This document shows positions 18,008-27,254 of a DNA stretch of 50,630 nt, piece after piece; the stretch's first letter is position 1, and every line of letters begins with the position of its first letter. Source of the stretch: Deltaproteobacteria bacterium (lineage in GTDB: Bacteria > Myxococcota > JACRCW01); NCBI GenBank assembly GCA_016218805.1, contig JACRCW010000095.1, positions 1-50,630 on the forward strand, written 5' to 3'. The notes beneath the pieces were generated by a model. The model worked only from the letters and a program-made list of their open reading frames with translations, was not told where the DNA came from and ran no database searches. The translations under genes and the position numbers were made by a program.

Positions 18008-19537
18008 ATGACGGAGGCAGACACCCAGCGCGCCGGGGAAACGGCCCCGCCCGCCCCCACCGAACGCGCACGCGCCGTGGGACGGGGCGCGCTGCTCATC
18101 ACCGGCGGCAAGGGCTGGTTCCTGGTGACGGCCACCGCGGTGAACCTGGGGCTGGCCAGCGTGCTGGGCGCGGTGGACTACGGCAACTACGGCGTCACCA
18201 TCCGGTGGGTGTCCCTGCTGAACATGATGGTGGTGCAGGGAATGTTGCAGGGCGTGAGCCGCGCGGTGAGCGCGCAACCCGGCGCGGCGCAGGCATTCCG
18301 CCGTCAGGCGTTGCGGCCGGTGGCGCTGGTGGCGGCGCTGGCGGGGCTGTTCCTGCTGGGCGCGGCGCGCCCGCTGGCCGCGCTGCTGGAGGACAACCGG
18401 CTGGCCCCGCTGTTTGCCACCAGCGCGCTCATCACCGTGGCGTACGCGTTCTATGCGGCGTTTGTGGGCGTGCTGAACGGGGCGCAGCGGTTCCGCGCGC
18501 AGGCGCTGACGGACATGGGGTTCTCCACCGCCAAGATGGTGTTCATCCTGGGCGCGGCGGCGCTGGGGCTGGGCGCGGCGGGGAGCGTGGCGGGGTTTGG
18601 CCTGGCGGCGGTGGTGCTGGCGGTGGTCACGTGGTTCACGTCGGGTTCGGACGCGCGGGAGGCACCGGGCACGCCGTTGACGGTGCGGTCTCTGCTGGCG
18701 TTCGGTGGACTGGTGATGGCGTACCAGGCGTGCCTCAACCTGCAGATGTTTGTGGACCTTGGCGTGGTGAAACGCGCCACCGGTGAAGGCATGCTGCCCG
18801 CGGAGCTGGCGGGCCACTACGCGGGTGCCACCAACGTGGCGCAGATTCCGTACCTGGCGTGTACCGCCATCACGTTTGTGCTGTTCCCGCTGCTGGGAGC
18901 GGCCGGCACGCGCACGGACCAGGAGACGCGCGAACTGGCGCGCCGCGCGACCCGCTATGCGCTGCTGGTGGCGGGCATCCCGGCGGTGGCGTTGATCGCC
19001 GCGGCGCCGGGACTGCTGCGCGCGGTGTTTCCAATGGAATACATGGGCGCCGCGCCGGCGCTGCGCCTGCTGGCGGTGGCGTACGTGTTGGCCGCGCTCT
19101 CGTCGGTAACGTGCACCATGCTCAACGCGCTGGGGCGCCCGCAGCTGTCCGTGCTGAGCGTCATGGTGGGCGTGCTGGTGACTCTGGGGCTGGCCCCGCT
19201 GCTGGTGGAACCCTGGGGGCTTACCGGCCCCGCCGCCGCCACGGCCTGCGGCATGACGTCAACGTGGCTGGTGTCGCTGCGCTGCCTGGCGTGGACGGGC
19301 CGGGGAGCGTTTGCCTGGTCCAGCCTGGTGCGCATGGGCGGGGTGATGGCGGCCCTGGCCGCCGTGGGCGCGCAGGTGCCGTGGCCTGTGGAGGGCGCGG
19401 CGGCGCGGCTGGTGGGGCTGGGCGGCGGTGCGCTGGCCGCGGTGGCAGCGCTGGTGCTGCTGTGGGTCGTCGGCGAAATCGGTCAACAGGACCTGGCGCT
19501 GCTGCGCGGCATCATCAGCCGGAAGAAGGGGGCGTGA
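18008..19537 (+). CDS. Oligosaccharide flippase (Wzx/MOP superfamily)
   Basis: About 14 TM helices, LGAVDYGNYG, GHYAGA and a LNALGRP pattern. It heads a glycosyltransferase cluster. The start may instead be 17993. Confidence 0.8.
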   Translation: MTEADTQRAGETAPPAPTERARAVGRGALLITGGKGWFLVTATAVNLGLASVLGAVDYGNYGVTIRWVSLLNMMVVQGMLQGVSRAVSAQPGAAQAFRRQALRPVALVAALAGLFLLGAARPLAALLEDNRLAPLFATSALITVAYAFYAAFVGVLNGAQRFRAQALTDMGFSTAKMVFILGAAALGLGAAGSVAGFGLAAVVLAVVTWFTSGSDAREAPGTPLTVRSLLAFGGLVMAYQACLNLQMFVDLGVVKRATGEGMLPAELAGHYAGATNVAQIPYLACTAITFVLFPLLGAAGTRTDQETRELARRATRYALLVAGIPAVALIAAAPGLLRAVFPMEYMGAAPALRLLAVAYVLAALSSVTCTMLNALGRPQLSVLSVMVGVLVTLGLAPLLVEPWGLTGPAAATACGMTSTWLVSLRCLAWTGRGAFAWSSLVRMGGVMAALAAVGAQVPWPVEGAAARLVGLGGGALAAVAALVLLWVVGEIGQQDLALLRGIISRKKGA

Positions 19538-19540
19538 ACC

Positions 19541-20251
19541 GTGTACCGCGGGCGCAAGGTGGTGGCCGTCATCCCGTCCCGCAATGAGGCGCGCTTCATT
19601 GGCCGCACCATCCACACGCTGCCCGCGGAGATTGACGACGTGGTGGTGATTGATGACGCGTCTGACGACGACACCGCCGGCGCGGCGCGCGGGAGCGGGG
19701 ACCCACGGGTGGCGGTCATCACGCTGCCGCACAACCGCGGCGTGGGCGGCGCCATTGTGGCGGGGTACCGGGCGGCGCTGGCGCGCCGGGCGGCGCTGGT
19801 GCTGGTGACCAACGGTGACGGACAGATGAACGGCCGCGAGGCACTGGCGCTGCTGGCGCCGTTGGTGGACGGCCACGCGGACCTGGTGAAAGGCAACCGC
19901 CTGCGCTGCCCCGGCACGCGCGACAGTATCCCCGCTGGCCGCCGCGCGGGTATCCGCCTGTTCTCCGCACTGACACGCCTGGCCACCGGTTACGACGTGG
20001 GCGACGCGCAGAGCGGGTACCACGCGTTGACCGCGGCCGCGCTGCGCCGGCTCCCCCTGGAGTCACTGTGGCCGCGCTGGGGTTTCCCCAATGACCTGCT
20101 GATGAAGGCGGCCGCCGCGGGCCTGCGCGTACAGGAGCGCCCCGTGCGGGCCATCTACGGTGACGAGGTGAGCGCGCTGCACCCGTGGCACGCGGTGCAT
20201 CCGGTGGGCACGTTGCTGCTGCGCGGCGTGGCCCGGCGCTGGCGGCGGTGA
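19541..20251 (+). CDS. Glycosyltransferase family 2 (DPM1-like)
   Basis: VVIPSRNE, VIDDASDD, NRGVGGA, NGDGQM, GNR and DAQSGY. Confidence 0.9.
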   Translation: MYRGRKVVAVIPSRNEARFIGRTIHTLPAEIDDVVVIDDASDDDTAGAARGSGDPRVAVITLPHNRGVGGAIVAGYRAALARRAALVLVTNGDGQMNGREALALLAPLVDGHADLVKGNRLRCPGTRDSIPAGRRAGIRLFSALTRLATGYDVGDAQSGYHALTAAALRRLPLESLWPRWGFPNDLLMKAAAAGLRVQERPVRAIYGDEVSALHPWHAVHPVGTLLLRGVARRWRR

Positions 20252-21363
20252 TGCGCGTCCTGTGGCTGGCGTCGTCATTTCCCCGCCGCGTGGAGGATGC
20301 CGCGGGCGCGTTCCTGGGTCCGCTGGCATGCTGGCTGGCGCAGCGCGTGGACCTGGCGGTGGCCACGCCGCGCTCGCCCATCCGCAGTGACGCTTTCACG
20401 TGGGGCGCGCGGCGGGTGGACGTGCCGTACGCGCCCGCGCGGATTGAGCGCCTGTTCTTTGGCAACGGGGCGCCGCAAGCGCTGCGGACGCGGCCGTGGA
20501 CCGCGCTGCTGGCGCCGGGCGCGGTGGTGGCACTGGCGCAGTGCGTCCGGCGCATGCGGCCGGACGTCGTCATGGCGCACTGGTTGCTTCCCGCGGGGCT
20601 GGCGGCGGCACTTGCGCGCGCGGCGGATGGGCCACCGTGGATGGCGTACGCACACGGGACGGACGCGCGGTGGCTGGCGCACCTGCCTGCGGCAGCGGAC
20701 CTGTTCCGCGGCGCGGAGACCGTCGCTGCTCCGTCGGCCTCGCTGGCGGCGGAGCTTCAGCGCGCGCTTGCCCGCAAGATAGACGTGCTCCCGCTGCCGG
20801 TGCAGCGCGGCGCCACCCGCGCGCCCGTGGACCACCGTGACGTGGGCTTCCTGGGACGGCTGCTGCCGCAGAAGGGCGTGGACGTGCTCATCCACGCGTG
20901 CGCGGCGGGGAAGCGCTCGCTGCTCGTCGGAGGTGACGGCCCGGAGCGGGCGCGGCTGGCGCGGCTGGCACGCGCGCGCGGCGTGGATGCGCGCTTCCTC
21001 GGCGCCGTCCCGCCGGGGGACCGTGGGCGGTTCTTTGCCTCCGTGCGCGTGCTCGCCGTTCCCAGCGTGCAGCCGGAAGGTGCGCCGGCGGTCATCGCCG
21101 AGGCGTGGGCCCACGGTCTGCCGGTGGTGGGCTCGGCCGTCCCCGGTATTCTCGACGTGCTGCCGCCGGCTTCCTGCACGCCCGCCGGGAATGCTAAGGC
21201 CCTCTCGGACATGCTCCGCCTGGCCCTCCACGACGGGAAATGGCGCCGCGCCGCGGTGCGTGCGGCACGGGACGGCGCCGCCGCGCGGGCCCCGGCGGTG
21301 GCCGGCCCGCGGTTCCTCCACCTGCTGGAGCAGGCAGCAGCGCGGGGCTGGCGTCGGCCATGA
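20251..21363 (+). CDS. Glycosyltransferase family 4
   Basis: MRVLWLASSFP, AHWLLPAG, FLGRLLPQKGVDVL and EGAPAVIAEA (EX7E). TGATG coupling with the GT2 gene. Confidence 0.88.
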   Translation: MRVLWLASSFPRRVEDAAGAFLGPLACWLAQRVDLAVATPRSPIRSDAFTWGARRVDVPYAPARIERLFFGNGAPQALRTRPWTALLAPGAVVALAQCVRRMRPDVVMAHWLLPAGLAAALARAADGPPWMAYAHGTDARWLAHLPAAADLFRGAETVAAPSASLAAELQRALARKIDVLPLPVQRGATRAPVDHRDVGFLGRLLPQKGVDVLIHACAAGKRSLLVGGDGPERARLARLARARGVDARFLGAVPPGDRGRFFASVRVLAVPSVQPEGAPAVIAEAWAHGLPVVGSAVPGILDVLPPASCTPAGNAKALSDMLRLALHDGKWRRAAVRAARDGAAARAPAVAGPRFLHLLEQAAARGWRRP

Positions 21364-22490
21364 CCCGCGAAGTCCTCCTCGTCACCAAGCCGTTTGGCCC
21401 GCCCTGGCGGGACAGCTCCAAGAACCTGGCGCGTGACCTCGCCGTGTCCGGCCGGCGCTACCGCTACCGCGTGCTCGCGCCGCGCGGCAGCCCGCTGCCC
21501 GAGGGTCCCATTGAAGTGGAGCGCATCTACCGTGACCTGGGCAGCTACCAGCCCGCGCTGGCGCAGAACCTCCGCGTGCTGGCCCGCCTGGTGGGCCCGT
21601 CCCAGGGCGAGGCGCTCTACCACTTCTTCCACGCTCCCAATCCGCGCACCGCCAAGGCGGCGCACCAGGCGCTGCGCTTCCAACGCCGCAAGCGCCCGGT
21701 GCTCCACACCGCGTGTTCGCTACCTTCCGCATTGACGCCGCTGCAGGAGAGCTGCTTTGCGGACCGCACGCTGGTGCTCAGCGCGCACACGGAGGGACTG
21801 ATGATGCGCGCGGGCGTGCCCGGCGTGGTGCGCGTGGACCCGTGCGTGCCCTGCCCGCGCAAGCCTGAGCACTCTGAACGCGAAGCCGCGCGGCAGGCCC
21901 TGCAGCTCAAGGACGCACCGGTGGTGCTGTTTGCCGGTGACCTGGAGATGGGACGCGGGGCACCGGTGTTTGTGGCCGCCATGCCGCTCATTGCGCGGCA
22001 GGTACCGGAGGCGCAGTACGTGCTGGCGTGCCGGGCCAAGACCGCGCACAGCCGCATGGCGGAGGAGGAACTCAAGGCGCTGGTGCGCGGGTGCGGGTTG
22101 ATGGACCGCACGCGCTTCATGGGCGAGACGGACCGCATGGCGGAGTTGCTGCTCGTCGCGGATGTGCAGGCGCTGCCCGCCCGCTCGCTTGAGAAGAAGA
22201 TGGACTACCCACTGGTGTTGCTGGAGGGCTTTGCGCGGATGCTGCCCGCCGTCGTCGGAGACGCGCCCACGCTGCTGGAGATGGCTGAGCTGCCCGGCAG
22301 CCCCTGCGTGTCCGCCCGCTCCGACGCACCCGACGAGGTCGCGGCCCGGATCGTCGCCCTGCTGCGCGATGATCACCGCCGCCGTGAGATGGGCCGCGCC
22401 GCGCGCAAGCTCGCCGAGACGCGGTTCAACCCGACGGAGTTCGCCACGCGGTGCGAGGCGCTGTACGACGAGCTGCTGGCGCGGCGCTGA
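21360..22490 (+). CDS. Glycosyltransferase family 4
   Basis: ATGA overlap with the previous gene. VVLFAGDL, DYPLVLLEG and RREMGRAAR...F C-terminal GT-B pattern. Confidence 0.8.
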   Translation: MTREVLLVTKPFGPPWRDSSKNLARDLAVSGRRYRYRVLAPRGSPLPEGPIEVERIYRDLGSYQPALAQNLRVLARLVGPSQGEALYHFFHAPNPRTAKAAHQALRFQRRKRPVLHTACSLPSALTPLQESCFADRTLVLSAHTEGLMMRAGVPGVVRVDPCVPCPRKPEHSEREAARQALQLKDAPVVLFAGDLEMGRGAPVFVAAMPLIARQVPEAQYVLACRAKTAHSRMAEEELKALVRGCGLMDRTRFMGETDRMAELLLVADVQALPARSLEKKMDYPLVLLEGFARMLPAVVGDAPTLLEMAELPGSPCVSARSDAPDEVAARIVALLRDDHRRREMGRAARKLAETRFNPTEFATRCEALYDELLARR

Positions 22491-22597
22491 TGTGGCCCGC
22501 GCCGAGCGGCGAACACAATGCGCGATCCCGGCAAGGCGCATCGGCGGCGGTGCGGCCGGGATAGGCTCGCGCGTCTCCTTTGAGGAGCGGTGCGAAC

Positions 22598-23143
22598 ATG
22601 AACAGGCTGGCGAGTGCAGTCTGGGTTCTCTTGGCGGTGATGGCCTGCGGCACGGGCACCAGCGGCGATGACGATGACAGCGGGGGCGCATTGGACGCCG
22701 GCGGCAGCACGCCGGACGCGGGTTCCGCGGCGGATGCGGGCACCGAGCCGGACGCGGGCGGCGCCGCCTTCTGGACCGGCACCTACGATCCGTCGGGCTC
22801 CCCCTCGCCGACCAGCGGGCGGCACAACGCGGGGCGCGACTGCATGGCCTGCCATGATTCCCTCGGCGCGTCGACGTGGCTCATCGGCGGAACCGTGTAC
22901 GCCACGTCGGCAGGGACGGCTGCACCGCACGTGCAGGTGGGCCTGCGTGACGGCACGCAGTTCTTCTCCACGTATTCGGCCACCAACGGGAACTTCTGGA
23001 TTCCCAAGGGGTCGGCGTCGGTGAACTGGGCCACGGTGGAAATCCGCCTGCGCAACGCCAACGGTGAGAAGGTCATGGGCAGCGAGGCAACCTCCGGCTG
23101 CAACGACTGCCACACCGGGACGTCCCGCCTGGTTGCGCCCTGA
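22598..23143 (+). CDS. Diheme c-type cytochrome lipoprotein
   Basis: GAGGAG RBS, lipobox VMAC, DAG-rich linker, and CxxCH motifs CMACH (22841-22855) and CNDCH (23099-23113). Confidence 0.75.
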   Translation: MNRLASAVWVLLAVMACGTGTSGDDDDSGGALDAGGSTPDAGSAADAGTEPDAGGAAFWTGTYDPSGSPSPTSGRHNAGRDCMACHDSLGASTWLIGGTVYATSAGTAAPHVQVGLRDGTQFFSTYSATNGNFWIPKGSASVNWATVEIRLRNANGEKVMGSEATSGCNDCHTGTSRLVAP

Positions 23144-23199
23144 GCGCGTGCGCGGGTCCTGAGGCGCGCGCTGCATGCCGGGCCGCACTCCGATGAAGG

Positions 23200-23246
23200 T
23201 TGCGCCCGGTCCCCGCGTGACGCTACCGTTCATGCAGAAGTCTGCA
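23200..23246 (+). promoter_or_regulatory. Putative vapBC promoter and antitoxin operator
   Basis: TTGCGC-N18-TACCGT (23200-23229), then the inverted repeat TGCAGA-AG-TCTGCA (23233-23246), 10 nt before the antitoxin ATG. Confidence 0.5.
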
Positions 23247-23256
23247 CGGTGCGAGC

Positions 23257-23517
23257 ATGCGAACGACGCTGGACCTCAACGACTCCCTGGTGGCCAAGGC
23301 CAAGGCGCTTGCAGCCAAGGAACACACGACGCTGACGAACCTGATCGAGCAGGGCCTCGCATTGCGGCTCCGCTCCCCGCGGGGGCGTTCGTCACGGGGC
23401 CGACGGGCGCTGCCCGTGTTTGCGGGCACAGGGGGCCTTACCGCCGCGGTGAAGGACTCCCTGACCCATCGGGCGCTGCTTGATGCCGTCGACGAAGGCG
23501 ACGAAGTGGCGCCGTGA
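23257..23517 (+). CDS. vapB: Type II TA antitoxin, VapB (RHH, MRTT-type)
   Basis: MRTTLDLNDSLV..AK..AA.E.TTLT.LIE.GL N-terminus. GTGA overlap with a PIN toxin gene. Confidence 0.85.
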   Translation: MRTTLDLNDSLVAKAKALAAKEHTTLTNLIEQGLALRLRSPRGRSSRGRRALPVFAGTGGLTAAVKDSLTHRALLDAVDEGDEVAP

Positions 23518-23948
23518 CTCCAGACGTCAACGTCCTGGTCGCGGCATCGCGGCGCGACCATCCCCACCACGGACGCGCCGTCGCCTGGCTCGACGACGCG
23601 CTTGACGCCACCGGTCGTGGAGACCGCTTTGCCCTGCTGCCGATGGTCGCAGTCGGATTCCTGCGGTTGGTCACCAACCGACGGGTGTTCGTGCATCCGA
23701 CCCCCATTGGCGCAGCGCGAGCCTTTGTGTGCGCGATCCTCGATGCGCCGGGTGTCGAGATGGGGGAGGTGGGAGCGGAGTGGTCACGGGTGGAGCGGCT
23801 GTGCGTGGAGCAAGGCCTGATCGGGAACGACATCCCCGATGCCTGGATCGCCGCCGCCGTGATGTACCGGAGCGACCACCTGGTGACCTTTGACCGGGGC
23901 TTCCGCCGGTGGCTGCCCGCAGGACAACTCACCGTGCTGGAGCCGTGA
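23514..23948 (+). CDS. vapC: Type II TA toxin, VapC PIN-domain ribonuclease
   Basis: PDVNVLVAA..DHPHH, GFLRLVTN.RVF and DAWIAA...LVTFDRGF. Confidence 0.92.
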   Translation: MTPDVNVLVAASRRDHPHHGRAVAWLDDALDATGRGDRFALLPMVAVGFLRLVTNRRVFVHPTPIGAARAFVCAILDAPGVEMGEVGAEWSRVERLCVEQGLIGNDIPDAWIAAAVMYRSDHLVTFDRGFRRWLPAGQLTVLEP

Positions 23949-23960
23949 CGGCGGGCCCGC

Positions 23961-25169
23961 TCACCGGGCGGCGCTCATCAACTGCCGGCCCTCATCCATG
24001 AGCACCATCTTCTTCACGCCGGGGGCCAGGCGGACCAGCACCTTGCCGTGCTTTTGAAGCGGCGCAGTGACGTCCACCATCACGGTCCGGCCGCCCGCCT
24101 CCTGCAGGTGCACCACCAGGCGGGACGTGGGCACGGGCGGCGCGGACAGGCTCCACAGCACGCGGTCTTTCGGCGGCGGCTCCTGCAGCCGCACAAACTC
24201 CGCGCGGTAGCCCCCCAGCCAGGACGCATCGCGTACAAGCTGCAGGTACGCCGGCAGCTTCTCCAGCGGCGCACGCGGCGCGGGCGTCCGCGGCGGCCCC
24301 AACACCCGGCGCGCACCCACCAGCACCAGGCCCTGGGACAGGGTGGGCGTAGGCCAGGTACGCAGCCCGGTCTCCAGCCAGAAGCGCAGCGCCCCGGTGT
24401 CCGCGTCCACAACCAGCAGCCCGTCCCGGCAGGAGATCCACAGCGCGCCCTCCGCGCGCGCCACGCGGCACGCGCCGTCGGTGGACGTGAGGGCCGCGCG
24501 CGCGTCCACCACCGTGTTCCAGCGCACCTTCCCCGTGGCCGGGTCCAAGGCCACCACGCCGCGGTCCAGCACCAGCCACGCGCCGTCCGGAGCCACCACC
24601 AGGTCCGCCGCCGCCGCCGGGTCCAGGCCGGGCAGCGCACCGCGTGCGTCCAGCTCCCAGGCCAGCGCGCCGGTTTGTAATTCGTACGCGGACAGCGTGA
24701 CGCCCATCCCCGCGTGCGCGGCCCAGGCAATCACCGCCAGCTTCCCGGCCTGTTGCACGTCCGCCACCGGCGCCTCCACCGTGCGCGGCGCGCCGTCCAC
24801 CAGGATCCGCCGCGACGGGGCGGCGTCCACCCGCAGCGGGCTCCCGCCGTGGTCCGCGCGCCGGGGCTCCAGGAACGTCAGCGGCCCCGCGTACGCGGCC
24901 GGCGCGGCGGGGACCTCCGCCAGCGGCGCACCGGTGGCCGCGTCAAATGCCACGCGCGCACCCTCACCTTCGGCGGGCATGGCCCACGCCACCCCGCCGT
25001 GCACCGCCACCAGCGGGCGCGGCAGTGTGTCCGCCTCCGTCTTCCAGCGCACCTGCCCGCTGTGCGCGTCTGCCGCCAGGAGGTGGAAATCCGGCGTCTG
25101 GGCCGCAGGCGGCGGTGCCAGCGCGCACAGGAGCAACGGCAGCAGCGGGGAGGACACCGGGTTGCTCAC
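23961..25169 (-). CDS. PQQ-like beta-propeller secreted protein (BamB-like repeats)
   Basis: Repeats DAHSGQVRWK, DAATG, ELQTGALAW, ALDPATGKVRW and DADTGALRF, with a signal-like N-terminus. The GTG at 25169 overlaps the upstream stop (GTGA). Confidence 0.75.
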   Translation of the reverse strand: MSNPVSSPLLPLLLCALAPPPAAQTPDFHLLAADAHSGQVRWKTEADTLPRPLVAVHGGVAWAMPAEGEGARVAFDAATGAPLAEVPAAPAAYAGPLTFLEPRRADHGGSPLRVDAAPSRRILVDGAPRTVEAPVADVQQAGKLAVIAWAAHAGMGVTLSAYELQTGALAWELDARGALPGLDPAAAADLVVAPDGAWLVLDRGVVALDPATGKVRWNTVVDARAALTSTDGACRVARAEGALWISCRDGLLVVDADTGALRFWLETGLRTWPTPTLSQGLVLVGARRVLGPPRTPAPRAPLEKLPAYLQLVRDASWLGGYRAEFVRLQEPPPKDRVLWSLSAPPVPTSRLVVHLQEAGGRTVMVDVTAPLQKHGKVLVRLAPGVKKMVLMDEGRQLMSAAR

Positions 25170-25543
25170 GGGCACCGCGGCGTCGGCGGCGTCTCCGAGT
25201 CGGCCCGCTGATCGCACTTGAGGTAGCGCAGCCCGGCGGCATTCCGGCACAGGGTGACGTCATAGCGCTGCGCTGCTTCCACGGTGAAGGTGCACGTGTC
25301 CTGCCCCAGCGTGCACCCGCCGGGGTCCGCCGCGGTGATCTTCTGTTCCCCCTCAGCCAAATCCCGCGTGCCGCACGTGGCCGGAGCAACGTTGGGGTCG
25401 CGCTGGCCGGGCAGTGGATGGTCGCGCTCCACGCTGTAGGAGACAACGCAGTCCGCGTCGTTGCAGAACGTGAGGCGCGCCTGCTGGCCGCACCCCGCCA
25501 GCAGCAGGACGGCAAGGAATGTGACGGAGAGGCAAGGGGCCAT
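25166..25543 (-). CDS. Small Cys-rich lipoprotein
   Basis: Lipobox LLAGC and eight further Cys. It is translationally coupled to the PQQ-repeat gene. Confidence 0.65.
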   Translation of the reverse strand: MAPCLSVTFLAVLLLAGCGQQARLTFCNDADCVVSYSVERDHPLPGQRDPNVAPATCGTRDLAEGEQKITAADPGGCTLGQDTCTFTVEAAQRYDVTLCRNAAGLRYLKCDQRADSETPPTPRCP

Positions 25544-25711
25544 GCCGCGAGGCTGCCCGCGCGGGCCCCCGGAAGCCAACCCCCGCGCCGCGCAGACCCC
25601 GCACGCTGCACCGTGCTTGCGGATCAAGATTGACGCGTGCTACCGGCCACGCCCCCTTCGGGATTCCCGGAGGGAACATAGGGGTGCAGCGGCAATGGTG
25701 CCGCTTCATCG

Positions 25712-25757
25712 CTTCCTCGCTCCGGACAAGGTGCCGGGGCCAGAGCCCGTGAGGAGG
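25712..25757 (+). promoter_or_regulatory. S6:S18 ribosomal protein leader (autoregulatory RNA)
   Basis: CTTCCTCGC pairs with GTGAGGAGG, sequestering the rpsF RBS. Apical stem TCCGG/CCGGG. CCCG in the internal loop just before the RBS. Confidence 0.7.
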
Positions 25758-25764
25758 CCGTTTC

Positions 25765-26244
25765 ATGGCTGAAGCACAAGCAAACATTCCGCCGTACGTG
25801 CGGCAATACGAAACCATCTACGTCCTGAAGCCCGAGTTCGAAGACCCGCAGGTGCTGGAGGTCGTCGAGAAGATGCGTGCGCTGGTGGCGCGCGAAGGCG
25901 GCAAGACCATCAAGATCTCCAACTGGGGCAAGAAGAAGCTCGCCTATGAGGTCAAGGGCAACCAGAAGGGCATCTACGTGCATCACCTGTACGTGGGCCC
26001 GTCCAAGGTGGCCGCCGAGTACGAGCGCAACCTCCGCATCATGGACCCCGTGGTCCTGCACCAGACCGTTGTGCTTGAGAAGAACGTGCTGGCGGACAAG
26101 GTGCCCGTGCAGGAGGACAGCCTGGTGCCCCCCGTGAAGGAGGTCCGCCGGGACCGCGAGCGCGGTGATGACGACGAGTTCGGCGGCGGCTTTGAGGAGC
26201 GGCGGGACTTCTTCAGCAACGAGGATGCGGCCGAGGACGCGTGA
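25765..26244 (+). CDS. rpsF: 30S ribosomal protein S6
   Basis: RQYETIYVLKP, WGKKKLAYEVK...GIY and an acidic C-terminal tail. Confidence 0.96.
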   Translation: MAEAQANIPPYVRQYETIYVLKPEFEDPQVLEVVEKMRALVAREGGKTIKISNWGKKKLAYEVKGNQKGIYVHHLYVGPSKVAAEYERNLRIMDPVVLHQTVVLEKNVLADKVPVQEDSLVPPVKEVRRDRERGDDDEFGGGFEERRDFFSNEDAAEDA

Positions 26245-26272
26245 GCGCGCCGGCACGCATTGAGGTGACATC

Positions 26273-26584
26273 ATGAGCATGGAACGGACGGACAGGATGG
26301 AACGTGATCGTGACGGTGGCGGCCGGGGTGGCCGCGACGGCGGCATGGACGACGAGCGCGGCGGTCGCGGCGCGCCCCGCCGCAAGGTGTGCCGCTTCTG
26401 CGCCGACAAGGCGGCGGTCGTTGACTACAAGGACCCCGGCTCGCTCAAGCTGTTCCTGACCGAGCGCGGCAAGGTCATTCCCCGCCGCATCAGCGGCAAC
26501 TGCGCGGCGCACCAGCGCCGCGTGACGGAAGCCATCCGCCGCGCGCGCTCGGTGGCACTGCTGCCGTTCACGGTGGCGGGCTGA
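26273..26584 (+). CDS. rpsR: 30S ribosomal protein S18 (zinc-binding C+ form)
   Basis: RRKVCRFC...DYKD...[20 protein letters not shown]...AIRRAR.VALLPF. Confidence 0.97.
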   Translation: MSMERTDRMERDRDGGGRGGRDGGMDDERGGRGAPRRKVCRFCADKAAVVDYKDPGSLKLFLTERGKVIPRRISGNCAAHQRRVTEAIRRARSVALLPFTVAG

Positions 26585-26607
26585 ACTCCTGCGGAGGTGA
26601 GACTGTC

Positions 26608-27141
26608 ATGCCCAAGAACATCAAGGTCATCCTGCAGGAAGACGTGGACAACCTGGGTCAGGTCGGCGAGATCGTGGACGTGCGGGCGGGTTACGCCCGG
26701 AACTTCCTCGTGCCCCGCAAGAAGGCGGTGGTGGCAAGCCTTGCCTCCATCAAGCACCTGGAACACCAGAAGCGGCTCACGGAGAAGCGCAAGGCGCAGC
26801 TCCGGGATGAGAGCCTGGAACTCGCCAAGAAGATGGGCGAGGTCCAGGTGAGCATCACCGCCAAGGTGGGTGAACAGGACAAGCTGTTTGGGTCCGTCAC
26901 CGCCAAGGACATTGCGGTGGAGCTCACCAAGGCCGGCCACGCCGTCACCGCGCGCAACGTCAAGCTGGAGCACCCCATCAAGACCGTGGGGATGCACAAG
27001 GTGGACGTCCGCCTCCAGGCGGGCGTCATGGCGGCTGTGAAGGTGTGGGTGGTGGCGGAGAACCCGCCGCCCGTGGAGCCCAAGGAAGGCGAGACGGAAA
27101 AGCCGGCCGACAAGGCCGCTGCGGCACCCGCCGCCGGCTGA
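26608..27141 (+). CDS. rplI: 50S ribosomal protein L9
   Basis: KVILQEDVDNLG..G.IVDV..GYARNFLVP, KLFGSVT and PIKTVG.H.V. Confidence 0.97.
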   Translation: MPKNIKVILQEDVDNLGQVGEIVDVRAGYARNFLVPRKKAVVASLASIKHLEHQKRLTEKRKAQLRDESLELAKKMGEVQVSITAKVGEQDKLFGSVTAKDIAVELTKAGHAVTARNVKLEHPIKTVGMHKVDVRLQAGVMAAVKVWVVAENPPPVEPKEGETEKPADKAAAAPAAG

Positions 27142-27169
27142 ACCCCGGCGCCCAATTGCGTGAACCACG

Positions 27170-27208
27170 GCGGGCGGTCCCGGAGGACGGGGCCGCCCGC
27201 TCGTCTTT
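27170..27208 (+). terminator. Probable intrinsic terminator of rpsF-rpsR-rplI
   Basis: 12-bp stem GCGGGCGGTCCC / GGGGCCGCCCGC followed by TCGTCTTT. Confidence 0.55.
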
Positions 27209-27254
27209 GGGCCGTTGTGTCCTGGCAGCGCACCGGCCAAGCTCCGGGGCATCC

